Below the pieces are notes generated by a model that did not search any database, was not told the origin of the DNA, and saw only the letters and a list, made by a program, of their open reading frames with translations. A stretch of 26,816 nt of DNA from contig CAWANH010000013.1 of the NCBI GenBank assembly GCA_963783375.1, positions 1 through 26,816 of the forward strand, written 5' to 3'. Below are positions 17,234 to 26,569 of the stretch, piece by piece. Source of the stretch: Candidatus Eiseniibacteriota bacterium (GTDB lineage Bacteria; Eisenbacteria; RBG-16-71-46; JABDJR01). The position numbers and the translations under genes were made by a program. Numbering within the stretch: position 1 is the stretch's first letter; each line of letters begins with the position of its first letter.

Positions 17234-18395
17234 CTAGTGTCTTGCGCCAGAAATAACTATACATCCGGAGTCCCATGCGGCATGCTCCTCCAAAAGGAGG
17301 GTTGCCATGTCACGTGGACGCACGCTCGAGTCGCTCAGGCTTTCTACCGAAGAACGTCAGGTACTCCAGGGTTGGGCACGCCGCCCCAAGACGGCGCAAG
17401 GACTTGCCACCCGTGCCCGCATCGTGCTTCTCGCGGACGAGGGGTGGACCAATTCCGCGGTGGCCGAGCACCTTCACATCACCCGGGTCACGGTCGGCAA
17501 GTGGCGCTCGAACTTTCTTGAGCGCCGACTCGACGGGCTCACCGATGAGCCTCGCCCCGGAGCTCCTCGCAAGGTCTCCGATGCAGAGGTTGAACGCGTC
17601 ATCGCAAAAACCCTCGACTCGACACCCAGGGGAGCCACCCACTGGAGTACCCGCTCCATGGCGGAGGTCTCGGGAATGAGCGCCACCACCGTGCGACGCA
17701 TCTGGCACACCTTTGCGCTCCAGCCTCACCGGGCCGATACCTTCAAGCTTTCCAATGATCCCCTGTTCATCGACAAGGTACGCGATGTCGTGGGGCTGTA
17801 CATGGATCCACCGGAGCGGGCGCTCGTGCTGTGCGTGGACGAGAAGTCCCAGATCCAAGCTCTCGACCGCACACAGCCTCTCCTGCCGTTACGACCAGGG
17901 CAGTGCGAACGGCACACGCACGACTACGTTCGCCACGGCACCACGACCCTGTTCGCTGCGCTGGACGTGAAGTCCGGGCGAGTCATTGGAAGTCTTCACA
18001 AACACCATCGAGCGAAAGAGTTTCTCGGCTTCCTGAAAACGATCGACGCCGAGGTCCCCGATGACCTCGACGTTCACCTCATCCTCGACAACTACCAGAC
18101 CCACAAGGTGCCCGCGGTGAAGCGGTGGCTCGTTCGAAACCCGCGCTTCCACCTCCACTTCACGCCGACCTACTCCTCCTGGATGAACCTCGTCGAGCGG
18201 TGGTTTGCCGCACTGACCGACAAGGCGCTACGTCGAGCCACTCATCGGAGCGTCAAACGGCTCAATCAGGCTATCAAGCTCTACATCGAGGTTACCAACC
18301 AGAGCCCCAAGCCCCTCGTGTGGACAAAATCTGCAGATGAGATCCTTGCCTCAATTGCTAGATTCTGTAAACGTACTTCCGACGCATGACACTAG
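17234..18395 (+). mobile_element. IS630-family insertion sequence (about 1.16 kb)
   Basis: CTAG at both ends. Terminal inverted repeats CTAGTGTCTTGCGCCAGAAATA versus CTAGTGTCATGCGTCGGAAGTA (reverse complement of the right end), 18 of 22 identical. Encloses one transposase and looks less GC-rich than the flanks. Confidence 0.95.
17307..18389 (+). CDS. IS630-family DDE transposase
   Basis: RBS AAGGAGG. HTH region (RARIVLL...TVGKWR...LTDEPRPGAP, THWSTRSMA). Catalytic D (CVDEKSQIQAL), D (LILDNY) and E (WMNLVERWF), plus YVRHGT and FTPTYSSW. Confidence 0.97.
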   Translation: MSRGRTLESLRLSTEERQVLQGWARRPKTAQGLATRARIVLLADEGWTNSAVAEHLHITRVTVGKWRSNFLERRLDGLTDEPRPGAPRKVSDAEVERVIAKTLDSTPRGATHWSTRSMAEVSGMSATTVRRIWHTFALQPHRADTFKLSNDPLFIDKVRDVVGLYMDPPERALVLCVDEKSQIQALDRTQPLLPLRPGQCERHTHDYVRHGTTTLFAALDVKSGRVIGSLHKHHRAKEFLGFLKTIDAEVPDDLDVHLILDNYQTHKVPAVKRWLVRNPRFHLHFTPTYSSWMNLVERWFAALTDKALRRATHRSVKRLNQAIKLYIEVTNQSPKPLVWTKSADEILASIARFCKRTSDA

Positions 18396-18437
18396 GAATC
18401 CCGGTCGGAGACGCCCCGTGACTTCTCCTCGGTCTTG
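18392..18437 (+). repeat. Right copy of the 46-bp direct repeat (3' end of the 11-heme cytochrome gene)
   Basis: Identical to 17188-17233. On the minus strand it encodes KTEEKSRGVSDRDS-stop. Confidence 0.97.
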
Positions 18438-20371
18438 TGAGGCCGCCGGCGTCCCTCGTCGTCGCCCTCGTAGATGATGTCCGCCTCGGTGGGCATGTCC
18501 GCCGGGTGCTCCTCTTCGTAGAGCTCGGCCGGCATCTTCCCGGTGACCCACGCGGGGTTCCCCGGATAGACCCCCGGCCGGAACACCGTGAAGTAGAAGT
18601 GCCAGATGGCGATGGCCAGGGTGGCCAGGACGGCCTCGTAGAAGTGGATCACCAACATGACGTCCAGGAAACCCTTGTGGAGGATCTTCACCGCGGCGTT
18701 GTCGAACCAGAGGGAGAGGCCGGTCAGGGTCATGACCACCGTGCCCCAGACCAGGGCCCAGTATTCGGCCTTCTCGATGAAGCTGAACCGTCCGAAGCGA
18801 GGGGGGGACTTGCGCCTCCCCAGGTTGAAGAAGACCATGTGGAGGAACTCGAAGACGTCCTTCATCGAGGGGAGCATGCCCTTGCCGAAGCGGGCGCCGT
18901 TCCTGGTCCGGAGATAGAGGAGATGCCAGACCGAGGAGAAGATGAGCACCACGGCGGCGGTGCGATGGATGAGGCCCCGGACCCGGAACCCGCCGTCCCA
19001 ACCGAACAGGCTCCGGAAGACCCATCCCTCGGAGTAGCGCAGGGCAAAGCCGGTGATCACCAGAACGATGAAGGACACGGTGAGGAGGCTGTGCTGGAAG
19101 ATGGCGTTGGCGTCCATTCGCCTCACCATCGGCTTGGACAGCATCTCCCGGTTCTTCTTTCGGATATCCAGGATGACGTAGGCGACCATTCCGCCGATGA
19201 TCAGGACGATGAGCACCAGGTAGAGCTTGGTGAAGAATTCCGCCCAGCCCGTCCGCATTCCCGCGTTGCTGACGTGAATCTTGGTCTGGGCGATCTGGGT
19301 GCTGATCGCCGGGTGGCATTGACCGCAGGTCTTCTGCAGGTTGGCGGGGTTGATGGAAGAGGTGGGGTCGCTGCTGGGCAGGATGCGATGGGCCCCGTGA
19401 CAGCTCGCGCAGTTGGCCACCGTGATGTCGCCGGCCCGGCTCTTGAGTCCGTGGAAGGAGTCGATGAACGTGGCCAACCGACCGGCGGGGATTCCGTACT
19501 TCTCGTTGAGCCGGGCCGACTCGTGGCAGGGAGCGCAGGTGGCCTCGGCCACCTGGGTCGGGCTCACGTTGGACCGCGGATCGGTGGGGGGCAGGATCCC
19601 GTGCTCGCCGTGGCAGTCGGTGCAGACCGGGGTATCGGTTTCGCCCCGGGCGGTGAGCTGGCCGTGGATCCCTTCCCAGTAGTCCTGCTCGATCCCGCGG
19701 TGGCACTGGCCGCAGGTGTTGGGGATGTTGAAGTGATTGATGCTGGACCGGGAGTCCCCGGGGCCCAGGATCTGGTGCGCGGTGCCCTCGGTGGAGTGGC
19801 AGTCGGTGCAGGTCGCGGCCACGTAGACCCCGCCCAGCGCCGCCTTCCCGTGCACGCTGGCTTCGTAGACCTCCACCGGCCTCTTGAGCAGGATGTCGTG
19901 CTTCTTGGCGAGGTCGAGATCCTGGTGGCACCGGCCGCAGGTGGCGGAGAGGTGGGTGGGGTTGGTCGAGGAGTCGCGTTTGCTGGAGGGGAGGATGTCG
20001 TGGGATCCGTGGCAATCGGCGCACTCCGGAATGTCTTCGGTCACCCCGACTACCCCCCGGCCGTGCCGGGTGTACATGTCGGATTCTTCGGTGTGGCAGG
20101 ACCGGCAATCGACCTTGGCCAGGGTGTCGGGATGGGGGATCTCCTCGATGTCGGCGTGGCAATCGATGCAGGCGAAGGTCGCATGGGAGGACTTGCCCAG
20201 CATCTCCGCGGTCACCTTGGGGACGGCGGGATCGTCGCCGTTGTGGCACATGGCGCAGTCGTCGTTGGTGATCTCGGCTGCGGCCGAGAACGATCCCCTT
20301 GCCGCTCCGAACACCGCGACGCCCACCAAAACCGCGGCCGCGATCCAGGCCCTCTGCCGGAAGTTCCTCAT
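18392..20371 (-). CDS. Multiheme cytochrome c (11 CxxCH) fused to a cytochrome b membrane domain (CbcL-like)
   Basis: Signal peptide MRNFRQRAWIAAAVLVGVAVFG. 11 CxxCH counted. Cytochrome b domain with FQHSLL, LIHRTAA, FSFIEKAEYWALVWG and IHFYEAVLA...WHFY. Confidence 0.93.
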   Translation of the reverse strand: MRNFRQRAWIAAAVLVGVAVFGAARGSFSAAAEITNDDCAMCHNGDDPAVPKVTAEMLGKSSHATFACIDCHADIEEIPHPDTLAKVDCRSCHTEESDMYTRHGRGVVGVTEDIPECADCHGSHDILPSSKRDSSTNPTHLSATCGRCHQDLDLAKKHDILLKRPVEVYEASVHGKAALGGVYVAATCTDCHSTEGTAHQILGPGDSRSSINHFNIPNTCGQCHRGIEQDYWEGIHGQLTARGETDTPVCTDCHGEHGILPPTDPRSNVSPTQVAEATCAPCHESARLNEKYGIPAGRLATFIDSFHGLKSRAGDITVANCASCHGAHRILPSSDPTSSINPANLQKTCGQCHPAISTQIAQTKIHVSNAGMRTGWAEFFTKLYLVLIVLIIGGMVAYVILDIRKKNREMLSKPMVRRMDANAIFQHSLLTVSFIVLVITGFALRYSEGWVFRSLFGWDGGFRVRGLIHRTAAVVLIFSSVWHLLYLRTRNGARFGKGMLPSMKDVFEFLHMVFFNLGRRKSPPRFGRFSFIEKAEYWALVWGTVVMTLTGLSLWFDNAAVKILHKGFLDVMLVIHFYEAVLATLAIAIWHFYFTVFRPGVYPGNPAWVTGKMPAELYEEEHPADMPTEADIIYEGDDEGRRRPHKTEEKSRGVSDRDS

Positions 20372-20924
20372 CCCCTCATCTCCTTGCCGCTTCGGTCAGT
20401 CTCGCCGTCCGCGAATCCCGGCGGCCTCGGCGGTACACACCGCGCTCCCGGTCCGCCGCGAACCAAAGCATGAATTTCCGTTCGGCAGGGAGTGTATCGG
20501 CGTTGGAACGGCCTGTTCCCATCCATTCTCAGGATAAACGTGATCTATGACCGTCCGAACCGGCGTGATTCCAAGGCATTGTGGCCGTGGGGGATGTGGG
20601 AGGGCCGGCGGTCGCGGCCTCGACGCGACGAAGGGCGGCAACGTGGGCGGGACGGGAAACCCGTCGATCGATCCCTTCCGGTGAAACGGGTTGTTTCGTC
20701 GCCGGGGCCAGGGCGGCCGCGGCCGGGGCGGAACCCGGCCTCCTCCCGGCCCGGTTTCGGCCGTTCCCCGGAAGCCGGACAACCCGGTGCGGAACCCTCT
20801 GGGCCTGCTAGACTAGGCGCACCCCCTCCGACACGCGCCCACCACCGCCCGTCCGGTCCCTTCGGCCGCGGCGAGGATGGGGGTGCGTTCCCACTGCCAG
20901 GGCTTGCCGGCGAGGACTCCATCC

Positions 20925-23585
20925 ATGCATCCCAGTCACCTACGACCCCGGATCGGCGGCGTGGCCCTGATTCTCGTCGGGCTCCTGTCGTCGTCGGTTC
21001 CTCTCGCGGCCCAGACCTCCTCCTGGGACGATCGCTTCGGTTTTCCGGGGACCGACGGCCCCGTGCTGGCGGTGGCCTATTACCAGGGGGATCTCTACAT
21101 CGGGGGCCAGTTTACCGAGGTGGGAGGGGCCCCCCTTCCCGGGCTCGCCCGCTGGGACGGTCGGAAATGGGCGGCGGTGGGGGGCGGTCTCTCCGCGGGG
21201 GGGACGGTGATTCCGACGGTGGACGCGCTGGCGGTGTTCGGGGACACCCTGGTGGTCGGCGGGTTCTTCACCCATGCCGGTGGGAGGGAGATCCACAACC
21301 TGGCCGCCTGGGACGGGGCCGCCTGGGGGGAGATCGGTGGGGGCACCGGAGACGAGGTCTACACCGTGGCCTCCGCCGGGTCGGCGCTCTACGTGGGCGG
21401 GCGCTTCCGGTCGGTGGGGAACGGGGTCCCGGTGATGCGGGTGGCGCGGTGGGACGGGGCCGCGTGGAGTGCCCTGGGCCCGGGGTTCGGCAATCCCGGC
21501 GACAATTTCTCGGTCTACGCGCTCGCCGCCGTCGGGGACACCCTTTACGCGGGGGGCGATTTCACCGCCGCGGGAGGCGTTCCCCTGCGCCGCCTCGCCC
21601 GCTGGGACGGCGCGGGTTGGGTCGAGGTGGGAGGGGGCGCCGACGCCTCCGTCCGGGCGCTGGCCTTCTATCGGGGCGATCTCTACGTGGGCGGTTATTT
21701 CACCGAGGTGGGGGGAGAAGTCAAACTCTACTTCGCGCGCTACCACGAAGACGCCTGGGTGGGGATCGATCCCGGCCCGGACCGGCCCATCCGCTGCCTG
21801 CTGGCCGACGGAGACCGGCTCTACGTCGGCGGCGAATTCTACAACCTTCCCGCGCCGGGGAGCGCGTACTTCGCCGCCTGGAACGGGTCGGGTTGGGAAT
21901 CCCTCGGGGATGGGGTCTCCGGTTCGGTATTGGCGGCGGCCTCGAACGGCCAGGGGCGGGTGGCGGTGGGAGGCGGAATCACCCAGGCGGGTCCGCGCTT
22001 CGTGCATGGGATCACGGAATGGAGCGGGCTCGAATGGGAAGTGCTCGGACGAGGGGTCGAGGGGACGGTGCGGGCGGTGGTGACGGTGCCCGGGGGAGCC
22101 TATGTCGGCGGCGACTTCGATTACGTGGGCGGGATCGCGGCCCGGCGTGTGGCCTTCTGGGACGGGGAGTCATGGCATGCGATGGGGGAGGGGCTCGGGG
22201 GGATGGTCTTCGCCCTCGCGGTGTCCGACGGGGTGGTCTACGCGGGGGGCGAGTTCGAGTTCTCGGGTTCGATCCGGGTCCGGAACGTGGCCCGCTGGGA
22301 CGGCGCCTACTGGGTGCCCTTGGCCGGCGGCCTGGACGGTCCGTGCCGGGCCCTTCTGGCGGGAAGCGACGGTCTGCTCTACGCCGGCGGATCCTTCAAT
22401 CAGGCGGGAGAGGCCGCGGCCAGCAAGATCGCGGCCTGGGACGGCTACTCCTGGTCGAGCCTCGGGAGCGCGGTGAACACCCCCTACTATGTCGATGCCG
22501 TCGTCGAGTTCAACGGGGACCTGGTGGTCGGAGGGCGGTTCGACGGGATCGGCGGGGTGTCGTCCAAGAACGTCGCGTCCTGGGACGGTTCGGTCTGGCG
22601 GCCGCTCTCGGGCGGGCTCGATGCCGATGTGGCCGGGCTCCTGTCCCTGGGGGACGAACTCTACGCGGTGGGAAAGTTCACCGGCTCCGGATCGATCGGC
22701 AACTCGGGGATCGCCCGCTGGGACGGCAGCTCCTGGTCCGGCCTCGCCCTGGCCGGCGCCGACGTGCTCCCGGTCAACGCGATCGCCGCCTACGGCGACA
22801 GCCTCGTGATCGGGGGGGCGTTCACCCGGGTGGGTGAGAGCCCCGCGAACGGGCTCGCGCTCTGGGACGGGTCGGGATGGCGCGCCTTCGGGTCGGGGAT
22901 CGACGGCACGGTGCTCGCGTTGGCCGGCGCGGGCCGGGACCTGTACGTCGGGGGGGACTTCGCCCAGGTGGCGGGGGTGAGCGCGGCTCACTTCGGACGC
23001 TGGACGGGCGGGGGTCTGGTTCCGGTGCGCCTCCTTTCCTTCTCCGCCCGGTGGGAGGCGGGAGCGGTCGCCCTGGATTGGGAGACCGGGGCGGCGTGGG
23101 GCGGTCACGCCGGCTTCCACGTCTATCGCGAGGATCCCGGCGGAGAGCGCGTGCGGCTCACCCCGGCCCTCCTTTCCGGTCGCCGGTCCTACCACTTCGT
23201 CGATCCGCGGCCGTCCGGCCGTCCCGCCCGCTACTGGCTGACCGAATTGGATCGCTCGGGGAGAGTCTCCTGGCTCGGTCCCCGGGAGGTGGCCGGGATG
23301 GCGCCGTCGTCGCTGGGGCTGGCCCGGAGCCGGCCGAACCCGTTCCGGGAAACCACCGTCATCTCGCTGCGAACCGGGGTCTCCGAGCCGGTCGGCCTGC
23401 GGATCCTCGATGTCCGGGGCAGGGTGGTGCGGACGCTTCTCGACGGCGTCCCCCCTCCGGCGGAATCCCGGGTGACGTGGGACGGACGGGACGACGAGGG
23501 ACGGCCCGTCCCCGCCGGGGTCTATTTCTACCGGTTGGACACGCCCCGGGGAACGACGGCGCGGAGGCTGGTGCGGCTCCGGTGA
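20925..23585 (+). CDS. Secreted beta-propeller repeat protein with a C-terminal FlgD-Ig/T9SS type A-like sorting domain
   Basis: ATG 20925 after GAGGA, then a signal peptide. 14 repeats of about 50 aa (V.ALA...LY.GG.F...ARWDG..W). Then a VPVRLLSFSA...WET...GFHVYRE module and PNPF...ILDVRGRVVRTL...WDGRDDEG..VPAGVYFYRL. Confidence 0.88.
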   Translation: MHPSHLRPRIGGVALILVGLLSSSVPLAAQTSSWDDRFGFPGTDGPVLAVAYYQGDLYIGGQFTEVGGAPLPGLARWDGRKWAAVGGGLSAGGTVIPTVDALAVFGDTLVVGGFFTHAGGREIHNLAAWDGAAWGEIGGGTGDEVYTVASAGSALYVGGRFRSVGNGVPVMRVARWDGAAWSALGPGFGNPGDNFSVYALAAVGDTLYAGGDFTAAGGVPLRRLARWDGAGWVEVGGGADASVRALAFYRGDLYVGGYFTEVGGEVKLYFARYHEDAWVGIDPGPDRPIRCLLADGDRLYVGGEFYNLPAPGSAYFAAWNGSGWESLGDGVSGSVLAAASNGQGRVAVGGGITQAGPRFVHGITEWSGLEWEVLGRGVEGTVRAVVTVPGGAYVGGDFDYVGGIAARRVAFWDGESWHAMGEGLGGMVFALAVSDGVVYAGGEFEFSGSIRVRNVARWDGAYWVPLAGGLDGPCRALLAGSDGLLYAGGSFNQAGEAAASKIAAWDGYSWSSLGSAVNTPYYVDAVVEFNGDLVVGGRFDGIGGVSSKNVASWDGSVWRPLSGGLDADVAGLLSLGDELYAVGKFTGSGSIGNSGIARWDGSSWSGLALAGADVLPVNAIAAYGDSLVIGGAFTRVGESPANGLALWDGSGWRAFGSGIDGTVLALAGAGRDLYVGGDFAQVAGVSAAHFGRWTGGGLVPVRLLSFSARWEAGAVALDWETGAAWGGHAGFHVYREDPGGERVRLTPALLSGRRSYHFVDPRPSGRPARYWLTELDRSGRVSWLGPREVAGMAPSSLGLARSRPNPFRETTVISLRTGVSEPVGLRILDVRGRVVRTLLDGVPPPAESRVTWDGRDDEGRPVPAGVYFYRLDTPRGTTARRLVRLR

Positions 23586-23643
23586 CCGGGGCCCTCCAGG
23601 CACCGCCGCCCGTCGATCCGGGCTCCTCCGGCGCCGGCTTCGA

Positions 23644-24594
23644 TCAGGACGCGGCGGCGGCGCGCCGGAACGCCTGGTAGGCCCGACCGGGCAGGGGGCT
23701 CCCCAGCGCTTCTTCCAGGCAGGCGGACGCCTCGACCAGGGCGGCGAGATCCACTCCGGTGGCCACCCCCAGGCCGTGGAGGAGGTACACCAGGTCCTCG
23801 GTGGCGAGGTTCCCGGCCGCGCCCGGCGCAAACGGGCAGCCGCCCACCCCGCCCGCCGAGGTGTCGAAGGTGGTGATTCCCAGGGTGAGGGCGCGGTAGC
23901 AGTTGGCCAACCCGGCGCCCCGGGTGTCGTGGGCGTGAAGGGCCAGCCGGGAGGCGGGGAAGGTCTTCAGCAGCTGCCCGAAGACCGTCTCGATCTGGCC
24001 GGGATGGGCGACCCCGATGGTGTCCCCGATCGAGAACTCCTCCACCCCGATCCCGTCGAGGCGGTCGACGACCTCGCCCACCTTCTCCGGGTTCACCGGT
24101 CCCTCGTAGGGGCAGCCGAAACAGGTGGAGACGTAGCCCCGCACCCGCAGTCCGCCGGCGCGGGCTCGCTCGGCGACCGGACGGAAGCGATCAATGGACT
24201 CGGCGATTCCCGCGTTGGTGTTCCGCCGGTTGAAGGTCTCCGAGGCGGCGGTGAATACGGCGATCTCCCGCGCTCCCGCGGCCAGCGCCCGCTCCAATCC
24301 CCGGAGATTGGGGACCAGGACCGGGTAGCGCACGCCCTCCCGTCTCTCGATCCGGCGAAGCACCTCCTCGGAGTCGGCCATCTGCGGAACCCACTCCGGG
24401 CTCACGAACGCTCCCGCCTCGATCACCGGCAGCCCGGTTCGGCCGAGGCGGTTCACGAACTCCACCTTCCGCTCCACCGCGATCACCGTGCCCTGGCTCT
24501 GGAGTCCGTCGCGCGGCCCCACCTCCACGACGACCGCGCGTTCGGGGAGCCCGCCGGAGGGGGGGGCGACCACCGGCCACGACGAGGGGTTCAC
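23644..24594 (-). CDS. hmgL: Hydroxymethylglutaryl-CoA lyase
   Basis: Motifs VEVGPRDGLQ, FVSPEWVPQMAD, GYVSTCFGCPYEG, SIGDTIG, HAHDTRG and GGCPFAPGAAGNLATEDL. Confidence 0.95.
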   Translation of the reverse strand: MNPSSWPVVAPPSGGLPERAVVVEVGPRDGLQSQGTVIAVERKVEFVNRLGRTGLPVIEAGAFVSPEWVPQMADSEEVLRRIERREGVRYPVLVPNLRGLERALAAGAREIAVFTAASETFNRRNTNAGIAESIDRFRPVAERARAGGLRVRGYVSTCFGCPYEGPVNPEKVGEVVDRLDGIGVEEFSIGDTIGVAHPGQIETVFGQLLKTFPASRLALHAHDTRGAGLANCYRALTLGITTFDTSAGGVGGCPFAPGAAGNLATEDLVYLLHGLGVATGVDLAALVEASACLEEALGSPLPGRAYQAFRRAAAAS

Positions 24595-25073
24595 GGGGTC
24601 TCCTCCATCTCCACCAGGGGCGCTCCCGCCGCGACCTGGTCCCCCTCGGCGGCGAGCAACCGTTTCACCCGCCCCGCGCGCGGGGCCTTGATCTCGAGCT
24701 GCATCTTCATGGCCTCGACCACCACCAACGGCTGGTGCGTTTCCACCGCGTCTCCCGTCGCGACCAGCACCTTCTGCACCTGCCCCGGCATGGGAGAAGC
24801 CAGGCCTCCACCCAAGTCCCGGGCCCGTCCGCGCCCGCGGTCCATCTGAAAACAGTAGGTGCGCCCCCGCCAGCGGACCCAGATCGTCTCGCCTTCCCGG
24901 GCCGCTTCGGCGTGGTGACGGCCGGTCGGGGTCTCCACCGCATAGCTCCCGTCGGGGAGCCGGAGCACGGTGATCGACCTCGCAGGTTCGTCCGGACCGA
25001 GCACCGTGATCTCGCCGGGCGCGTCGCGGCGTGCCCGGAAGACCTCGCCTTCCCGGTTGAGCTTCACCTCCAC
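24591..25073 (-). CDS. Biotin carboxyl carrier subunit (BT-like region plus BCCP) of an acyl-CoA carboxylase, probably methylcrotonyl-CoA carboxylase
   Basis: SPMPGQV and the biotinylation motif VEAMKMQ. GTG start 1 nt after the upstream stop, preceded by GGGGAGG. Confidence 0.88.
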   Translation of the reverse strand: MEVKLNREGEVFRARRDAPGEITVLGPDEPARSITVLRLPDGSYAVETPTGRHHAEAAREGETIWVRWRGRTYCFQMDRGRGRARDLGGGLASPMPGQVQKVLVATGDAVETHQPLVVVEAMKMQLEIKAPRAGRVKRLLAAEGDQVAAGAPLVEMEETP

Positions 25074-25074
25074 G

Positions 25075-26568
25075 TCATCGCCCTCCCCAGGGGGACCAGC
25101 CCCCGAGCGTGGTCCAGGGGGTGGGGGAGGGGGCGCCGGCGCCGTCTCCCCGGCGCCCTGCGCCCATGACCGAGGCCTCGGCGGCCAGGGCCACGACCTC
25201 CGGCGGGGTCGGCTCCGCGCCCCGCCACCCCGGAAGGTGCTCTCCCAGGAAACCGGTGTGGAGCCGGCCGGCCTTCCAGGCGGGATGGGCGAGGACGTCC
25301 ATGAGGAAGTCCACGTTCGTGGTGACGCCGAGGATCACCGTCTCGCCAAGGGCGTCGTAGAGCCGGTCGACGGCCCGGTCGCGGTCGGATCCCCAGGCGA
25401 TCACCTTGGCCAGGAGGGGGTCGTAGTGAACCCCCACCTCGCGGCCCCCGGCCAGGCCGGAATCCACCCGGACCCCGGGGCGGTGGGGGAGGCGGAGCCG
25501 GAGCACCCGCCCGGTCTGGGGAAGAAATCCCCGGGCGGGGTCCTCGGCGTAGATCCGGGCCTCCACCGCGTGGCCGCGGGGAGCCAGGGCGGCGGGATCG
25601 AAGGCGAGGACGTCCCCCGCCGCGGTTCGCACCTGCGCGGCCACCAGGTCGACCCCGTACACCATCTCGGTCACCGGGTGCTCGACCTGGAGCCGGGTGT
25701 TCATTTCCAGGAAGTAGAACGATCCGTCCTCGTCCAGCAGGAACTCCACCGTGCCCGCGTTCCGATAGCCGACCGCGCGGGCGGCGGCGACCGCCGCCTC
25801 GCCCATGCGCGCCCGGAGGGCCGGATCCATCGCGGGGGAGGGGGCCTCCTCCAGGATCTTCTGGTGCCGGCGCTGCACGCTGCACTCGCGCTCGCCGAGG
25901 TGAAACACGCGACCGTCGCGATCGCCGAACACCTGGATCTCCACGTGACGGGGGCGAAGGAGGAGCCGCTCCAGGTAGACCCGGTCGTCGCCGAAGGCGG
26001 CCCCGGCCTCGCCTCGGGCCATGGCCAGGGCGGAGGTCAACTCCTTCGGCTCGCGCACCGTCCGCATCCCCTTTCCGCCCCCCCCCGCCGAGGCCTTGAC
26101 CAGGATTGGATAGCCCAGACGGTCCGCCGCCGCGGCCAGGGCCCGGTCGTCGGCGCCCGGCTCCTGGAACCCCGGAACCACCGGCACCCCCGCCCGCTCC
26201 ATGGCCACGCGGCTCTCGGTCTTCGAGCCCATGACGCGCATGGCCGCGGGGGGCGGCCCGATGAAGGCGATCCCCGCCCCGGCGCAGGCCTCGGCCAGGG
26301 TGGGGCTCTCGGAGAGGAATCCATAGCCGGGATGCAAGGCGTCGCAACCCGCTTTCCGCGCGGCCCCGATCAGGGCGTCGATCGAGAGGTAGGAGCGGGC
26401 GGCGGGGGCGGGGCCGATGACGTGGGTTTCCGTGGCCGCCAGCGCATGGGGGGCGTCGCGATCGGCTTCCGAGGCCACCGCCACCGACTCGATCCCCATC
26501 TCCTCGAGGGTTCGCATCACGCGAAGCGCGATCTCTCCCCGGTTGGCCACCAGCACCCGGCGGAACAT
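25075..26568 (-). CDS. Biotin carboxylase subunit of an acyl-CoA carboxylase (methylcrotonyl-CoA carboxylase alpha, N-terminal part)
   Basis: Starts MFRRVLVANRGEIA. Motifs HPGYGFLSE, KASAGGGGKGMR, RECSVQRRHQK, FLEMNTRLQVEHPVTE and YDPLLAK. Lies between a hydratase and HMG-CoA lyase. Confidence 0.93.
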   Translation of the reverse strand: MFRRVLVANRGEIALRVMRTLEEMGIESVAVASEADRDAPHALAATETHVIGPAPAARSYLSIDALIGAARKAGCDALHPGYGFLSESPTLAEACAGAGIAFIGPPPAAMRVMGSKTESRVAMERAGVPVVPGFQEPGADDRALAAAADRLGYPILVKASAGGGGKGMRTVREPKELTSALAMARGEAGAAFGDDRVYLERLLLRPRHVEIQVFGDRDGRVFHLGERECSVQRRHQKILEEAPSPAMDPALRARMGEAAVAAARAVGYRNAGTVEFLLDEDGSFYFLEMNTRLQVEHPVTEMVYGVDLVAAQVRTAAGDVLAFDPAALAPRGHAVEARIYAEDPARGFLPQTGRVLRLRLPHRPGVRVDSGLAGGREVGVHYDPLLAKVIAWGSDRDRAVDRLYDALGETVILGVTTNVDFLMDVLAHPAWKAGRLHTGFLGEHLPGWRGAEPTPPEVVALAAEASVMGAGRRGDGAGAPSPTPWTTLGGWSPWGGR

Positions 26569-26569
26569 C

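Noticed and set aside
17188-18437. CRISPR array or prophage att sites as the explanation for the 46-bp repeat
   Set aside because: There are only two copies, with no cas genes, integrase or phage genes. The enclosed DNA is a plain IS630.
20630-20700. GAAA-loop hairpin (GACGG-GAAAC-CCGTC) as a possible c-di-GMP riboswitch
   Set aside because: The GCAAA and GACGCAAAG core and the second hairpin are missing. Short hairpins are common at this GC content.
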